Shown here: positions 41,653 to 51,258 of the stretch, one piece after another | Layout: each line of letters starts with the position of its first letter | Numbering within the stretch: position 1 is the first letter of the stretch | From: a virus | Taxonomy: Duplodnaviria > Caudoviricetes | Strand: one strand, 5' to 3' | Virus record (IMG/VR): IMGVR_UViG_3300037722_000745 | Location: 192,001-256,000 of that record | Length of the DNA stretch: 64,000 bases | The notes under the pieces: generated by a model | What the model saw: only the letters and a program-made list of their open reading frames with translations | Database searches by the model: none | What the model was told of the DNA's origin: nothing | Translations under genes and position numbers: made by a program

Positions 41653-43590
41653 TTAGCAAAAGGCTGCTGGCTTCTGCAACAGATCCGTCTTGAGAATGGT
41701 TTCCACGAGGGTTACTCGCGGAGCGGCCTTTACCACTGCCCTACCTACCGGCGTGGCAGCGATCATGGCTCGGATGGTAGGCGGGATCGCGTAGGGATCC
41801 GCGAAGATCCCCTCGTCGATCATGAAGCACGGGATGCCGAGTTGGGCTGCCGTGTCCGTGACCGCGTGGTACATGGGGGAGCTGCGGACCTTCAAGAAGC
41901 CAAATGCAATCGGGTTGAGGCCCGAAGCTTGGACCGCCTTATGGAACGGGCCAGCCTCCTCATCTCCGACGAAGATAAACAACACATCCTCGTCCGGCTG
42001 AGGCTTATGTTGATTGAGAGCCCGAACCCCCGCTCCGTAGTCAGTCCCTCCTCCTGCATGGATCCCGCGGAACGCCTGTTCGACGCCCGCTGCGGATTCA
42101 TGCTTAAGGGCAATCTCTCGCCCCGTAGTGTTGAAGACCGAGATGTGCACCTGGTCCTTGGGGAAGCCCTGTAGGAACTTCGCCAAGTAGCGCTTGGCTT
42201 CGGTGATCGCGTTCTGCATGGATCCCGAGATGTCCACCATGAAGTAGATCCGCAAACCCTTCACGACTTCCTCGACCGCCGCCTTGAGGGCGTTGTCGGC
42301 CGCCTCGTTCAGCTTCTCTTGGGTCGCCTTCGACCGCACTCGGGTCGCGATGTTCGCTGCCCGCATGTCGTCGGCTTCCTTAGTGGCACACTCCCACCGC
42401 TCTCGAATCTCCTGGACCTCAAGAAGTCCAAGCTCTTCGAGCGTTGGGGTTGCGATCAAAAGGTCCTTGTTGGAAAGAGACCCTGCCTCGATGGCTGCCG
42501 CCACAATCGCCCGCGTCAGCCCCATACCCTTCGGCAGGAGCCCCACGATGCGCTTGAAGTTAGGCTTGGTCGCAACGATAGTCTCGCAGACCTGCTCCTC
42601 CGAAAGGCCCTCCCAGGACTCCGCAGCCTTGACAGCCTGGCCGATGGCGACGGTACGGTGACCCTCGTCGGCCTGCTGCTGCCCCCACCGCAGCGTCTCG
42701 AAGAACTTTGGTGAGGTCGGCTTGTACCGGCAGGCGATGGCGAGTTCGATCACCTTCGTCCGGAAGCCCGCCTTGACGAGGCCCTCCAACATCTGAGGGT
42801 TCTCTTCACGGTACCGGAGCCACTTCTCCGCCGCCTTGGGCCAACGACCCATGAACGGCCGACGAGCGGACTTGCCAAAGCCCAGCTCCCGGTTGATCTC
42901 GGCCACCTGCGGCAGCCGTAGGATGTCGTGGATCCGCATTAGAAGCTTGGGATCGAATGTCTTGATCTCGTTCTTCTGTTGTGCCCCGTCACCTTGAGAG
43001 CGGGACCGGGTGAGCAGCAGCATGGCCTCACCGACATCCCGGTAATCCTCGTCGAAGAACAGGACCTTGCCGTTCTCAACAACCGGGTCACCCTTGCGGT
43101 ATTGCACGAGCATGAACGCCGCGAGAATGACCTTCAGGTCCCGGTGCTCCTGCCCGAATGCGTAGCTGGCCCACTTGGCGGCGAACTCGTTGTCGAGCTT
43201 CCAGACCTCGGCGACCTGCTTGTACATCCAGATCACGACCTCCGGGTAGAGGCCGGGCGGCTGGTAGCGACCAACAGCGCGGTTGCCGTCCTTAACGATG
43301 ACATCGCCCTGAAGCACTGGGGCGAGCGTCGCGGGGTTCCGACCCGTGGTCATCTTCCCGAGCTTGACCTTGGTGCCCTTCCGACGGCCCACGCCCTTGC
43401 GAAGCTCGTAGACGATCTTGTCGCCCTCTTCCTCTGCGTGGGTCACCGGCAGCCACTTCGTGCCCACCACGGAGCCAGGATCTGGAATCACTACGCCTGG
43501 TCGGTTGTGCATTGCGTGATCAGAATACGAGAGGACCGTCTGGAGGATTCTCTCAGCCGGCCCGAGTGCGTTCTGTTCGTGATTTGGCAC
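41653..43590 (-). CDS. vWA-domain protein, possibly TROVE/Ro60-like
   Basis: C-terminal MIDAS MVDISGSM, GGTDY and FVGDEE; helical N-terminal region; TROVE assignment is inference. Confidence 0.65.
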   Translation of the reverse strand: MPNHEQNALGPAERILQTVLSYSDHAMHNRPGVVIPDPGSVVGTKWLPVTHAEEEGDKIVYELRKGVGRRKGTKVKLGKMTTGRNPATLAPVLQGDVIVKDGNRAVGRYQPPGLYPEVVIWMYKQVAEVWKLDNEFAAKWASYAFGQEHRDLKVILAAFMLVQYRKGDPVVENGKVLFFDEDYRDVGEAMLLLTRSRSQGDGAQQKNEIKTFDPKLLMRIHDILRLPQVAEINRELGFGKSARRPFMGRWPKAAEKWLRYREENPQMLEGLVKAGFRTKVIELAIACRYKPTSPKFFETLRWGQQQADEGHRTVAIGQAVKAAESWEGLSEEQVCETIVATKPNFKRIVGLLPKGMGLTRAIVAAAIEAGSLSNKDLLIATPTLEELGLLEVQEIRERWECATKEADDMRAANIATRVRSKATQEKLNEAADNALKAAVEEVVKGLRIYFMVDISGSMQNAITEAKRYLAKFLQGFPKDQVHISVFNTTGREIALKHESAAGVEQAFRGIHAGGGTDYGAGVRALNQHKPQPDEDVLFIFVGDEEAGPFHKAVQASGLNPIAFGFLKVRSSPMYHAVTDTAAQLGIPCFMIDEGIFADPYAIPPTIRAMIAATPVGRAVVKAAPRVTLVETILKTDLLQKPAAFC

Positions 43591-43635
43591 GATCCACCTC
43601 TCTCGCAACCCTCCGCATGGGAGGGGAATTGCCGC

Positions 43636-43654
43636 GTCTCGCCTCAGCGAGCAA
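43636..43654 (-). repeat. Solitary Cas12j-family repeat (3' 19 nt, CTGAGG loop variant)
   Basis: gtctcgcctcagcgagcaa, 45 nt upstream of the vWA start. Confidence 0.85.
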
Positions 43655-43781
43655 ATTACCGCTAAGGAGGATGACGGCGCCCGTGGTGTCTACTACACCG
43701 AAAAGCCAGAACTCGACCGAGTTAAAGAGAGCGGGTTTTTGCTGGACCCTGGATTCCCCCGGAAGGGCAGGTCGAGTTTAG

Positions 43782-43853
43782 TCGGGGTGACAGGGATCGA
43801 ACCTGCGACCTCTCGCCCCCAAAGCGAGCGCTCTACCACTGAGCAACACCCCG
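43782..43853 (-). tRNA. tRNA-Pro(TGG)
   Basis: Cloverleaf. Confidence 0.9.
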
Positions 43854-43905
43854 AGAAATCTGTTATACGCTGGCTAGACTACGACAACCACGTGCTCCGA
43901 GAGAT

Positions 43906-44136
43906 TTGACCGTGGATCACACCTACGACCGCCGCCCGAAGACCGCCACTGATCGCGAGTTCCAAGAGATGGCCGAGATCTACCTCAAGAAGCTCGGCTA
44001 CTCGCCTAAGCAGGTCCGCAGCTGGACTCGCAACATGGCCCAGGCCATCGAGAAGGCGTTGAAGTCCTCGCGTGAAACTCGCGAAGTTGAATACCATATC
44101 GGTCTCGAAGAGGAAGGCGAGGAACGTCTTCGCTAA
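43906..44136 (+). CDS. Hypothetical protein
   Basis: 76-aa ORF. Confidence 0.5.
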   Translation: MTVDHTYDRRPKTATDREFQEMAEIYLKKLGYSPKQVRSWTRNMAQAIEKALKSSRETREVEYHIGLEEEGEERLR

Positions 44137-44336
44137 CCATCAGACTTCACCCCGGTTCTTCGTTTTCCATACGTTCTGTATCTGTGACACAAGGCGCACA
44201 CCACGTCGCATTTGGCAGCCTCTTCCTTGGTTCGTTTGAGAGAGCCCGTCCTGCTTGCCGAGCCGAGATCGAACGCCTTAGTTCTTGGATCGCGATGATC
44301 GAAGTCCATCGCCCAATACGGATGCGAATACCACGG
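44133..44336 (-). pseudogene. HNH endonuclease fragment fused to a tRNA-Pro(CGG) 5' half
   Basis: MDFDHRDP..KCDVVCALCHRYRT, homologous to 29295-29720. Confidence 0.6.
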
Positions 44337-44377
44337 GTGTTCCCGAAACAGGCGTCCTACCAGTGGACTACACCCCG
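44337..44377 (-). pseudogene. tRNA-Pro(CGG) 5' half
   Basis: CGGGGTGTAGTCCACTGGTAGGACGCCTGTTTCGGGAACA. Confidence 0.65.
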
Positions 44378-44378
44378 G

Positions 44379-44450
44379 TACGCGCAGAAGGATTTGAACC
44401 TTCATTTCTCGCTCATCAGACGAGGGTCCTAACCGTTGGACGATGCGCGC
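44379..44450 (-). tRNA. tRNA-Ile(GAT)
   Basis: Cloverleaf. Confidence 0.88.
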
Positions 44451-44617
44451 GTGGTCTGAAATTATGCTGCAAGCCGGCACAGGTGTTCGTACTACGACCT
44501 ACGCACGGCTCAAGCTCGGAAAGCCAGTTTGAAGAGTATAGCGAGTTTTACCCAAGTTTAGCGTGATCCAGATAAACTCAGGTAAACTCGCTATACTTCC
44601 GCCCCCAAGACGACGAT

Positions 44618-44824
44618 TCAGTCCTTGTCGTCGTCGGAGTCGTCGTTCTTCTTCTTCTTCTTGATGTTCTTCAAAAACTCGGGCGGAAGCTCACCGGCTA
44701 CCCGGATACCAAGGCCCACGAGATCCCGGGCCAGCACCTTGCGGGACGGGCTCTCGGTCTGGGAGTAGGCCAGTAGCTTGCGAAGTTCCGCTTCAAGTTC
44801 ATCGGCCGATGCGATCTTGTTCAT
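44618..44824 (-). CDS. Hypothetical protein
   Basis: 68-aa ORF with RBS. Confidence 0.55.
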   Translation of the reverse strand: MNKIASADELEAELRKLLAYSQTESPSRKVLARDLVGLGIRVAGELPPEFLKNIKKKKKNDDSDDDKD

Positions 44825-45243
44825 GCCTTCACCGGCTCACAAAACGTTCAGCGGACTACTTCCCCTTGGGGGACCAACCTACCCGAAATAACCGATAGGG
44901 CCTCATAGGACTCGATCAATGCCTGTCTGGTAGGGATGGTATAACCTAGCCACACAGACAGGTCTCTTTGGCCCAAACCACCCACGATGCTGAGCAAGTA
45001 AATCACAGCGAGGAAATCGTTCATAGGACCTCTATCCCGCCCGAGTTGTCAGCCCCGCCGCTTGTTCTTGTTGCGGGGCTTCTGTGCCCCACGCTTGACC
45101 CAGCGGCCGGCATTCTCGTTCCGATGGGGCGGGCAGAACGAGCATGACAGATCGACGACCCGCTTGACGCGCTTGTATGTCCGACTGTCGTTCTCTTCCT
45201 TGAGCTGCTGTGCTGCCTTCATGTTGAGCCTCGCTAGGATGGG

Positions 45244-45326
45244 TGCAAGCGGAGGGAGTCGAACCCTCACGGGCTTTCGCCCACAACGACCTCAACGTTG
45301 CGCGTCTGCCATTCCGCCACGCTTGC
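45244..45326 (-). tRNA. tRNA-Leu(GAG)
   Basis: Class II cloverleaf. Confidence 0.9.
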
Positions 45327-45368
45327 AGTAGTATGTCATGGGTTTCTCCCATTCCGTTACTCGTGGCT

Positions 45369-45443
45369 TGGAAGCGGGAGGTGGAGTCGAACCACCGACC
45401 TCGAGCTTATGAGGCTCGCGAGCTGCCACTGCTCCATCCCGCT
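45369..45443 (-). tRNA. tRNA-Met(CAT)
   Basis: Cloverleaf, CCA. Confidence 0.85.
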
Positions 45444-45706
45444 ACGAAAATTCTACGAACTCCGGATCCACCTCGTCGTTGGGGATCGTCGTCAAGAGGG
45501 TCGCGATCGACTTCCGTTGAAGGTCGTTGGTAATATCCTCCAATGTTGGCACCGTACCCCCATCAGCACCAATGAAGATCCTACCGCGACCCCGCTTTCC
45601 GAGTTCCAACCTCCTGCGTTCGCTCGGTTCCACCCAGAAGGTGATGCCCGCGAGGTTGGCTGTGTATGTGATGCGGACTCGTGTCATGCTGAAAAGACTA
45701 CACCAG

Positions 45707-45778
45707 CTCGGGCGCAGGGACTCGAACCCCCGATTAGATGAACCAGAATCACCCGTCCTACCATTAGACGACGCCAGA
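45707..45778 (-). tRNA. tRNA-Gln(CTG)
   Basis: Cloverleaf, one acceptor mismatch. Confidence 0.8.
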
Positions 45779-45786
45779 AAAACGTT

Positions 45787-46044
45787 TCACGCTCCTGAAG
45801 CTCTGCGCTGGACCCGTTTCGACCACGCCTTGAAGCCTCCAACCCTAGCTCCCAGAAGGCTTTTAGCAATGTCGTGGCGACTCGCGCCTACCGCCATCAC
45901 ATGGCGAGGGTAGCCCCTCTGCACCATCACGTAAAAGGGCCTGCGTAGCTGCTGGTAGAAGGCCAGCCGGATCGCTGTCCGCAGATCCTCAGACCGTTCC
46001 TTGCCGTTCGCTCGGCGGATGTACGGCTGGAACTTGCTCCGCAT
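45787..46044 (-). CDS. Hypothetical basic protein (intact paralog of the repeat-interrupted ORF at 46539-46646)
   Basis: MRSKFQPYIRRANGK. Confidence 0.6.
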   Translation of the reverse strand: MRSKFQPYIRRANGKERSEDLRTAIRLAFYQQLRRPFYVMVQRGYPRHVMAVGASRHDIAKSLLGARVGGFKAWSKRVQRRASGA

Positions 46045-46538
46045 GCTAGTTCAACCGTCGCAGCAACAGCGGCACAGGAGCATCGAAGTCCCAGACATGC
46101 TGTGCGTGGCACTTACCGCAGTCGTACTGGACGAACCCCTCCGGGGTGTGCTTGAACGTGGTCGCCTCGTCAGTCACCAGCTCGTTGTTGCACTGCGGGC
46201 AATAGACCCGAGTAAACGTCTGCTGCTTGGGCTTCAACAGGTTTCGCAACCACTGGAACACGTCTGTTATCCTTTGCTCGGGCGGAGGGAGTCGAACCCC
46301 CACGGGCTCGAACGGTGAGGTCCTAAAGGAGGACTATGCTGAGCGCCTGATGGCTCTCTGCGGGACCCCAAAGCTGTTGAGTCCCATCCTGGCTTTCCCA
46401 ATGGCCTCCACCACCTGTTGTATCATGCGCAACCCAGATCCAGCCTGCTTCTTTAAGTCAATGGCCATAGGGTGGAGCTTGAAGGCAGCCCAAGCGAAGT
46501 TGCACAGCTCCTCTTACTGTTACCGCCAAACACCAACT

Positions 46539-46646
46539 TCAATGTTTCCCGCATCGAAGAGCCTTTCGATCCTGTCCCACTCTTGATGGAGGTGGGCTTC
46601 CCTTACCATTTACCCTACGGATGTAGGGCCTGTATTTGTTTCGCAC
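46539..46646 (-). pseudogene. Paralog of 45787-46044 interrupted by a family-2 repeat
   Basis: MRNKYRPYIRRVNGK, then repeat-encoded GSPPPSRVG, then early stop. Confidence 0.65.
46574..46601 (-). repeat. Solitary family-2 repeat (3' 28 nt)
   Basis: 28/28 match to the array repeat. Confidence 0.92.
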
Positions 46647-46649
46647 TAG

Positions 46650-46720
46650 CTCGGGGTGAGAGATTCGAACTCCCGTAAACAGTACCAGAAACTGCTGTCC
46701 TACCATTAGACGAACCCCGA
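46650..46720 (-). tRNA. tRNA-Gln(CTG)
   Basis: Cloverleaf. Confidence 0.88.
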
Positions 46721-46732
46721 AAAACTACCGCC

Positions 46733-46963
46733 TCACGCGCTGCCCGTATAAGCCACGCTGAAAACCATCCCCGACATCACGAGCACTTCCTGGCCGTGAG
46801 TCAAGCTCCCGTTCATCTCGTGGTACTTCTCCCGTAGCTTGCAATGAAACACCACCGTCGGGTTGTACTCCGACTTGAGTTCCGCCAGCTCAACCACATC
46901 CTCGTAGCTCAGAACCTCTGCGTCGGTCTGGAAGTCCTGTCCATTGACTTTGAAACTGGTCAC
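46733..46963 (-). CDS. Multiubiquitin-type Ubl domain protein
   Basis: FKVNG..VLSYEDVVELA..TVVF..GSLTHGQEV..GMVFSV pattern. Confidence 0.65.
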   Translation of the reverse strand: MTSFKVNGQDFQTDAEVLSYEDVVELAELKSEYNPTVVFHCKLREKYHEMNGSLTHGQEVLVMSGMVFSVAYTGSA

Positions 46964-47241
46964 GGTTCCTCCGCGATTCGGGCCAGAACATGCCCATGGC
47001 ACGGATCCGGGACACACCAGCAGCCCAGCACCTTACCACGGAGTTCCTGCTTCACTAGGCGGAGCAACGAAGGCTTACCGCGGATCCAAGTCTCGTACTT
47101 CTCGATAGCTTCCTCACGAGTCGCGACCTTGAACTGTGCCCGAGTGTTCTCTTTGTGGCTGTAAGGATTACCGTAGATCGACGGACGTCCGACGTAGACA
47201 TCGTAGCGATCTCGACGACAATGCACGACCCGAGTGCTCAT
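46960..47241 (-). CDS. DUF4326-family protein
   Basis: DVYVGRPSIYGNPY, ELRGKVLGCWCVPDPCHGHVL. Confidence 0.85.
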   Translation of the reverse strand: MSTRVVHCRRDRYDVYVGRPSIYGNPYSHKENTRAQFKVATREEAIEKYETWIRGKPSLLRLVKQELRGKVLGCWCVPDPCHGHVLARIAEEP

Positions 47242-47327
47242 CCGGCTCCCACTTGAGATATGGACTCAATGGTCTGGGGGACCATTCGGTAGCGTCGTGT
47301 CTTAGGCATGAGATCCACTACACCACT

Positions 47328-47418
47328 TGGCGGAAGGTGAGGGGATCGAACCCTCGCACGCCTCATCAGCGCGACCTCAGATTAGCAATCTGGTGTCTTA
47401 CCACTCGACCAACCTTCC
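47328..47418 (-). tRNA. tRNA-Ser(GCT)
   Basis: Class II cloverleaf, CCA. Confidence 0.9.
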
Positions 47419-47422
47419 AAGG

Positions 47423-47506
47423 CGGAGGATGAGGGACTCGAACCCCCACACGCTTTCACGTACCTCCGATTTCAAATCGGGTGCCTTGCCATTCAGCCAA
47501 TCCTCC
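47423..47506 (-). tRNA. tRNA-Ser(TGA)
   Basis: Class II cloverleaf. Confidence 0.9.
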
Positions 47507-47512
47507 AAAGAG

Positions 47513-47595
47513 CGGAAAGAGAGGGAGTCGAACCCTTGCCGTTGCCGACAACCGGTTTTCGAAGCCGGCGGCCCACCACTGAGCCTTCACCTTCC
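47513..47595 (-). tRNA. tRNA-Ser(CGA) with allo-tRNA-like 8/4 fold
   Basis: 8-bp acceptor (one T-T), 6-bp D stem GGCTCA/TGGGCC with 4-nt loop, 4-bp T stem, G73. Confidence 0.7.
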
Positions 47596-47712
47596 AAGTG
47601 ATGCGATAGCCGCCACGAGTCCCCGTCGGCCACTGCAAACCGGCAGCCCCTGACAGAATCCTCGTTGACGACTTACCCGGGTTTACCCTCGCTCGAATCC
47701 ACACGAGGCGGG

Positions 47713-47786
47713 TGGTGGCGACGAGGGGACTTGAACCCCAGCCGACAGCCTTATGAGAGCCGCGTCCTAACCCGTAGGGCGTCGCC
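47713..47786 (-). tRNA. tRNA-Met/Ile2(CAT)
   Basis: Acceptor GGCGACG/CGTCGCC-ACCA. Confidence 0.8.
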
Positions 47787-48153
47787 GTGGTGGGGCCGAA
47801 GCCCCAAGCACATCACCACCTCCACTGGATGCTGTGCCGATGTGCCCGATCATCAAAGTCATCGTACCTGCCGTGCCAGATCAGTCGGAGTTCCCTGGCT
47901 CGGTGTCCCTTCCAAAAGAACCGCCGGTCATCTCGGGGGCTCCGAGCCGCCCAATTGGAACCTTGGCCTTCCCGATTGGGGCTGTGCCGTCCGTTCTTAC
48001 GTCGATGATTCCGTCGCATGTCGCCTCCAGGTTCAAAGACCTAAAGGCGGCTCTCCTCTCGTGATCAGCATCTTGCTGCTCCTTGTTGGTTTTGACGGTG
48101 GAACGTCGCCAAAAACTCTCTTATAGGGCACCCTGCCTAAGGAGCCCCACCCC

Positions 48154-48489
48154 ATGGATCCCAACCGCATCATCCACAGATACCTAACAGCAGCATCCTC
48201 GGTCATGACGTGGCCAAAGTTAAAAGGCCACCTCATCAAGCTCACTAAACCCGTTTCTGTGAGCAAGGGTAAGCCAGGAAGGAAGAAGGTGAAATTCGAC
48301 AAAGGTGTTACCTTTGTGATGACTGGGGGAGTTGTGAAAGGCACCCTTTTGGAGTCCCACCTCTTTGAAGCCACCCTTGAAGGCGACCATTATTGGATCC
48401 AATCAAACATACATCCCTTTGGGATGTACCCGCATAAATTCATGACAAAAGGCGGTAAGGAACTAGGTCCTGAGTTCTTCGCTCAGTGA
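48154..48489 (+). CDS. Hypothetical protein flanked by 32/33-bp direct repeats
   Basis: 111-aa ORF; repeats at 48051-48083 and 48492-48523. Confidence 0.6.
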   Translation: MDPNRIIHRYLTAASSVMTWPKLKGHLIKLTKPVSVSKGKPGRKKVKFDKGVTFVMTGGVVKGTLLESHLFEATLEGDHYWIQSNIHPFGMYPHKFMTKGGKELGPEFFAQ

Positions 48490-48529
48490 TCCTCTCCTCT
48501 CGTGATCAGATCTTGCTGCTCCTACCTAG

Positions 48530-48603
48530 CGCCTCTGGAAGGATTCGAACCTTCAAGCTTCGGTTTCGTAGACCGACGATCTGTCCAATTGATCTACAGA
48601 GGC
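48530..48603 (-). tRNA. tRNA-Arg(ACG)
   Basis: Cloverleaf. Confidence 0.9.
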
Positions 48604-48618
48604 ATTCGTTTTTAGAGG

Positions 48619-48694
48619 CACCCCCGGGAGGACTCGAACCTCCGCATGACCCGGCTTCGGAGGCCGGCGCTCTGTCCAACTGAGCTACGAGGGC
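48619..48694 (-). tRNA. tRNA-Arg(CCG)
   Basis: Cloverleaf. Confidence 0.9.
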
Positions 48695-48798
48695 TTGTGG
48701 TGATTTGCCATTCGCGTGCGGGATCAACCACCAACCCGTAGACGCACTCGTAGGTCGTTCCTACGCGCAATCACCACGCTACGGTGCCGAAACACCGG

Positions 48799-48871
48799 CA
48801 CTCCCGACAGGACTCGAACCTGCATGATCCTGGTTAGAAGCCAGGCGCCTATCCAGTTAGACTACGGGAGC
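48799..48871 (-). tRNA. tRNA-Arg(TCT)
   Basis: Cloverleaf. Confidence 0.9.
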
Positions 48872-48875
48872 ATTG

Positions 48876-48911
48876 GTCTCACTCTAGAGGGAGGTGAGCT
48901 TCCCTCGCAAC
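48876..48911 (-). repeat. Solitary family-2 repeat variant
   Basis: gtctcactctagagggaggtgagcttccctcgcaac, 29/36 to the array-type repeat with compensatory stem CTCAC/GTGAG; 4 nt upstream of tRNA-Arg(TCT). Confidence 0.8.
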
Positions 48912-48944
48912 TACAACACACCGAAGGCACGCCGGCAGAGCCTT

Positions 48945-49022
48945 TGGAGGCGCAGGCGGGACTCGAACCCACGAAAATACCTGTTTTGCAGACAGGCCCC
49001 TTAGCCGCTTGGGTACTGCGCC
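48945..49022 (-). tRNA. tRNA-Cys(GCA)
   Basis: Cloverleaf, U73-CCA. Confidence 0.9.
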
Positions 49023-49067
49023 GAAACCTTCACCTACTAGAAGACGAGAACGCCGAAGCGTTACAAG

Positions 49068-49138
49068 TGCGCGTGGAGGGGATCGAACCCTCATCTGCTG
49101 GGTGGAAGCCAGCTATCCTACCATTGAACGACACACGC
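49068..49138 (-). tRNA. tRNA-Gly(TCC)
   Basis: Cloverleaf. Confidence 0.85.
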
Positions 49139-49214
49139 TTATGCCCCGTAGTTGGCGGCCTCCCAAGGCAAAAGTCAGAACTCACAAGGCGGCGGAAGCT
49201 GTACTTCTCTCAGC

Positions 49215-49442
49215 TTAGGAGGTCTTTGTGTGTCTTTTGTACTGACCGGAATTGGCTCCGTATTCACGTTTGATCCAATTAGCAGGTCCTATTTTCAAGG
49301 CACCCTTGACTTGGCCCGAGTTCGCACCGAACTCTTTCTTGATCCACGCCAAGGCTTTAGCGTCTTGTTCCTTCGTATGCGCTGCTGTTCGAAGAGCTAG
49401 CTCGACAAGCTTCGTAGCAATTTCGACCCTACTGGGATTCAC
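49215..49442 (-). CDS. Hypothetical protein with internal repeat
   Basis: WIKKEFGANSGQVK / WIKREYGANSGQYK. Confidence 0.55.
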   Translation of the reverse strand: MNPSRVEIATKLVELALRTAAHTKEQDAKALAWIKKEFGANSGQVKGALKIGPANWIKREYGANSGQYKRHTKTS

Positions 49443-50051
49443 GCCTTGGCTGTAGGCAAGAATTTAACGAAGCTCAGACTGTAACTCTTGAGGGGTCGAA
49501 ATTTTGCGCATAACACCATAGAAAAGCCATAAATGGCTTAGCAGCTTACCTTGAAGGCTGGCACCCAGGACATCGAACTCGAAGCTTATGGGGAGCAACC
49601 CCACATGGAAAGAGTGTTCGGGATCCTCTGCGCATGCTCGGGCCAATCCTTGAACTTGTCGCCGTAGTTCTCTCGACACAACCGAGTGATCGCGATGTGA
49701 GAACTGAGACACACAGACATGATCTTACGCGTCTCCCTGGCACTCAATCCAGAAGCCGTAGGCCCAGACCTCCACAGAGCCGACAACTCCTCCTCACTAA
49801 GAGGAGCTTCCAGACTCCCTCCCAAATCGGACAAGGAAGCGTCAATATCCGCTGTAGAGGCCATCTCTCGGGTTTTTGATTGTGTTTCTGATGGGCGGAA
49901 TATACACCGCAGGCAGCATGCCCCCGAGCGCCCAAAGCGGAAGCCGGAGAACTCGAATCCCAAACGACCCCGAGAGGCCGTTCCCACCGCTTTCCAAGCG
50001 GGTCCAGTCCCTAACTGGTTCAGCTTCCAAGGGGAGCCTGTTGAGGGAATC

Positions 50052-50158
50052 GTCTCGCCGCAGCGAGCAATGAGTGCATGACTACACCAAGCCAACAAGC
50101 GCTGATGGAAGCAGGCCAGTTGCGTGACTACGTAGTGGACCTGTCGGGAGTTGAACCC
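50052..50158 (-). repeat. 107-bp duplication (copy A) ending in a 20-nt Cas12j-family half repeat
   Basis: 2 mismatches versus 51439-51545. Confidence 0.9.
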
Positions 50159-50212
50159 CGATCCCGGTTACCACCGTACCAAGGTGGTGCTCTGCCACTG
50201 AGCTATACGGGC
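50136..50212 (-). pseudogene. Chimeric tRNA: Thr(GGT) 5' part plus Ala(TGC) 3' end
   Basis: GCCCGTA does not pair with CAGGTCC; T arm and 3' end match 51520-51545. Confidence 0.7.
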
Positions 50213-50547
50213 GTTGAACCGAAAGACAACCCTCTCTCTAGCTTGCCTCCTAGACTCCATATCGCGTAAGGCATGCCTCAGAATTTGAAGGTTGACGATC
50301 GCATCGTAAAGCTCCCGCTCCTTCGCTCCGCTGTCTATAAGCCTCTCTAGTTTATCGATCTCTCGTCGGATCCGATTCCGATCTTGCAAACGCTTAGGGA
50401 GCCGCAAGCCTGTGGTCCGATCCTGACGCTCAACCTTCCTAAGTTGCTGCTCGATATAGTCCACCTCTTTTGGGGTCAAGGATCGAGGCAGTAGTCCAGG
50501 CCGAGGGAAAGTCACCTCAAAAGGACGGTCCGGTTTGGGTACCGGCA

Positions 50548-51054
50548 TCAGATCTGACCTAACACCTTTCGAACCAACCGCATGAACGTCAGTCCAGCGA
50601 GTTCAGGATCTGTGCTGAATGCGGTCTCCGTGATAGACCGTTTGAAGTCAGCTCCGCTCAAGGGTTTGTGAGGCACATACCCGAACGAAAGTAACGGAAG
50701 ACCGCCCCGGATTGACAACATCAACGTGAAGGTCTCCAAAGCGGGTCGAGTGGAGAAGTAGTAGTACAGCTTCATCCGCTGCTGGGTAGCATTCATGTAG
50801 AAACGATCGCCATGGAACTTCCGCCTGAATGCTGAAAGGGCCTTGGGTAAGAGGATCTCGATAGACAACTTGGCCGCATCAAAGACCTCTTGCGCAGACG
50901 TTGGCACCCCGACTTCAGGAGGACCCCAACGAGCTTGCCGGGCCATCCTCTCGGACCACGGAACGACCCATGACGGGATTTCCGGCTGCCAGTCCCCAAG
51001 GGCTACCTGGTAACCCCACCTGGCCGCCACGCGCTTTGCAAGAGTACCCATCAC
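50548..51054 (-). CDS. Hypothetical protein
   Basis: 168-aa ORF with N-terminal AKRVAARW. Confidence 0.6.
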   Translation of the reverse strand: MMGTLAKRVAARWGYQVALGDWQPEIPSWVVPWSERMARQARWGPPEVGVPTSAQEVFDAAKLSIEILLPKALSAFRRKFHGDRFYMNATQQRMKLYYYFSTRPALETFTLMLSIRGGLPLLSFGYVPHKPLSGADFKRSITETAFSTDPELAGLTFMRLVRKVLGQI

Positions 51055-51084
51055 CTCGTGCAGTGTGATGGGTAGATTAGTGAG

Positions 51085-51158
51085 GCTACCTGACGGGACT
51101 CGAACCCGCTCTCACCGGACCCACAATCCGGCCGCCATCCTATCGGCGCTCAGGCAGC
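51085..51158 (-). tRNA. tRNA-His(GTG)
   Basis: G-1:C73, loop TT-GTG-GG. Confidence 0.8.
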
Positions 51159-51258
51159 AGAAGTATCACAACGGTCCCGGGCCGGGTGCGACGAGCTAGC
51201 CACACGCGCCGAGTAGCTAGCTCGGACGCGCTGCGTTCTGTGCCCCGTTGTGACACGG

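Noticed and set aside
43706-43723. gccagaactcgaccgagtt as target of the 2590-2623 spacer
   Set aside because: Only a gapped partial match with no seed continuity.
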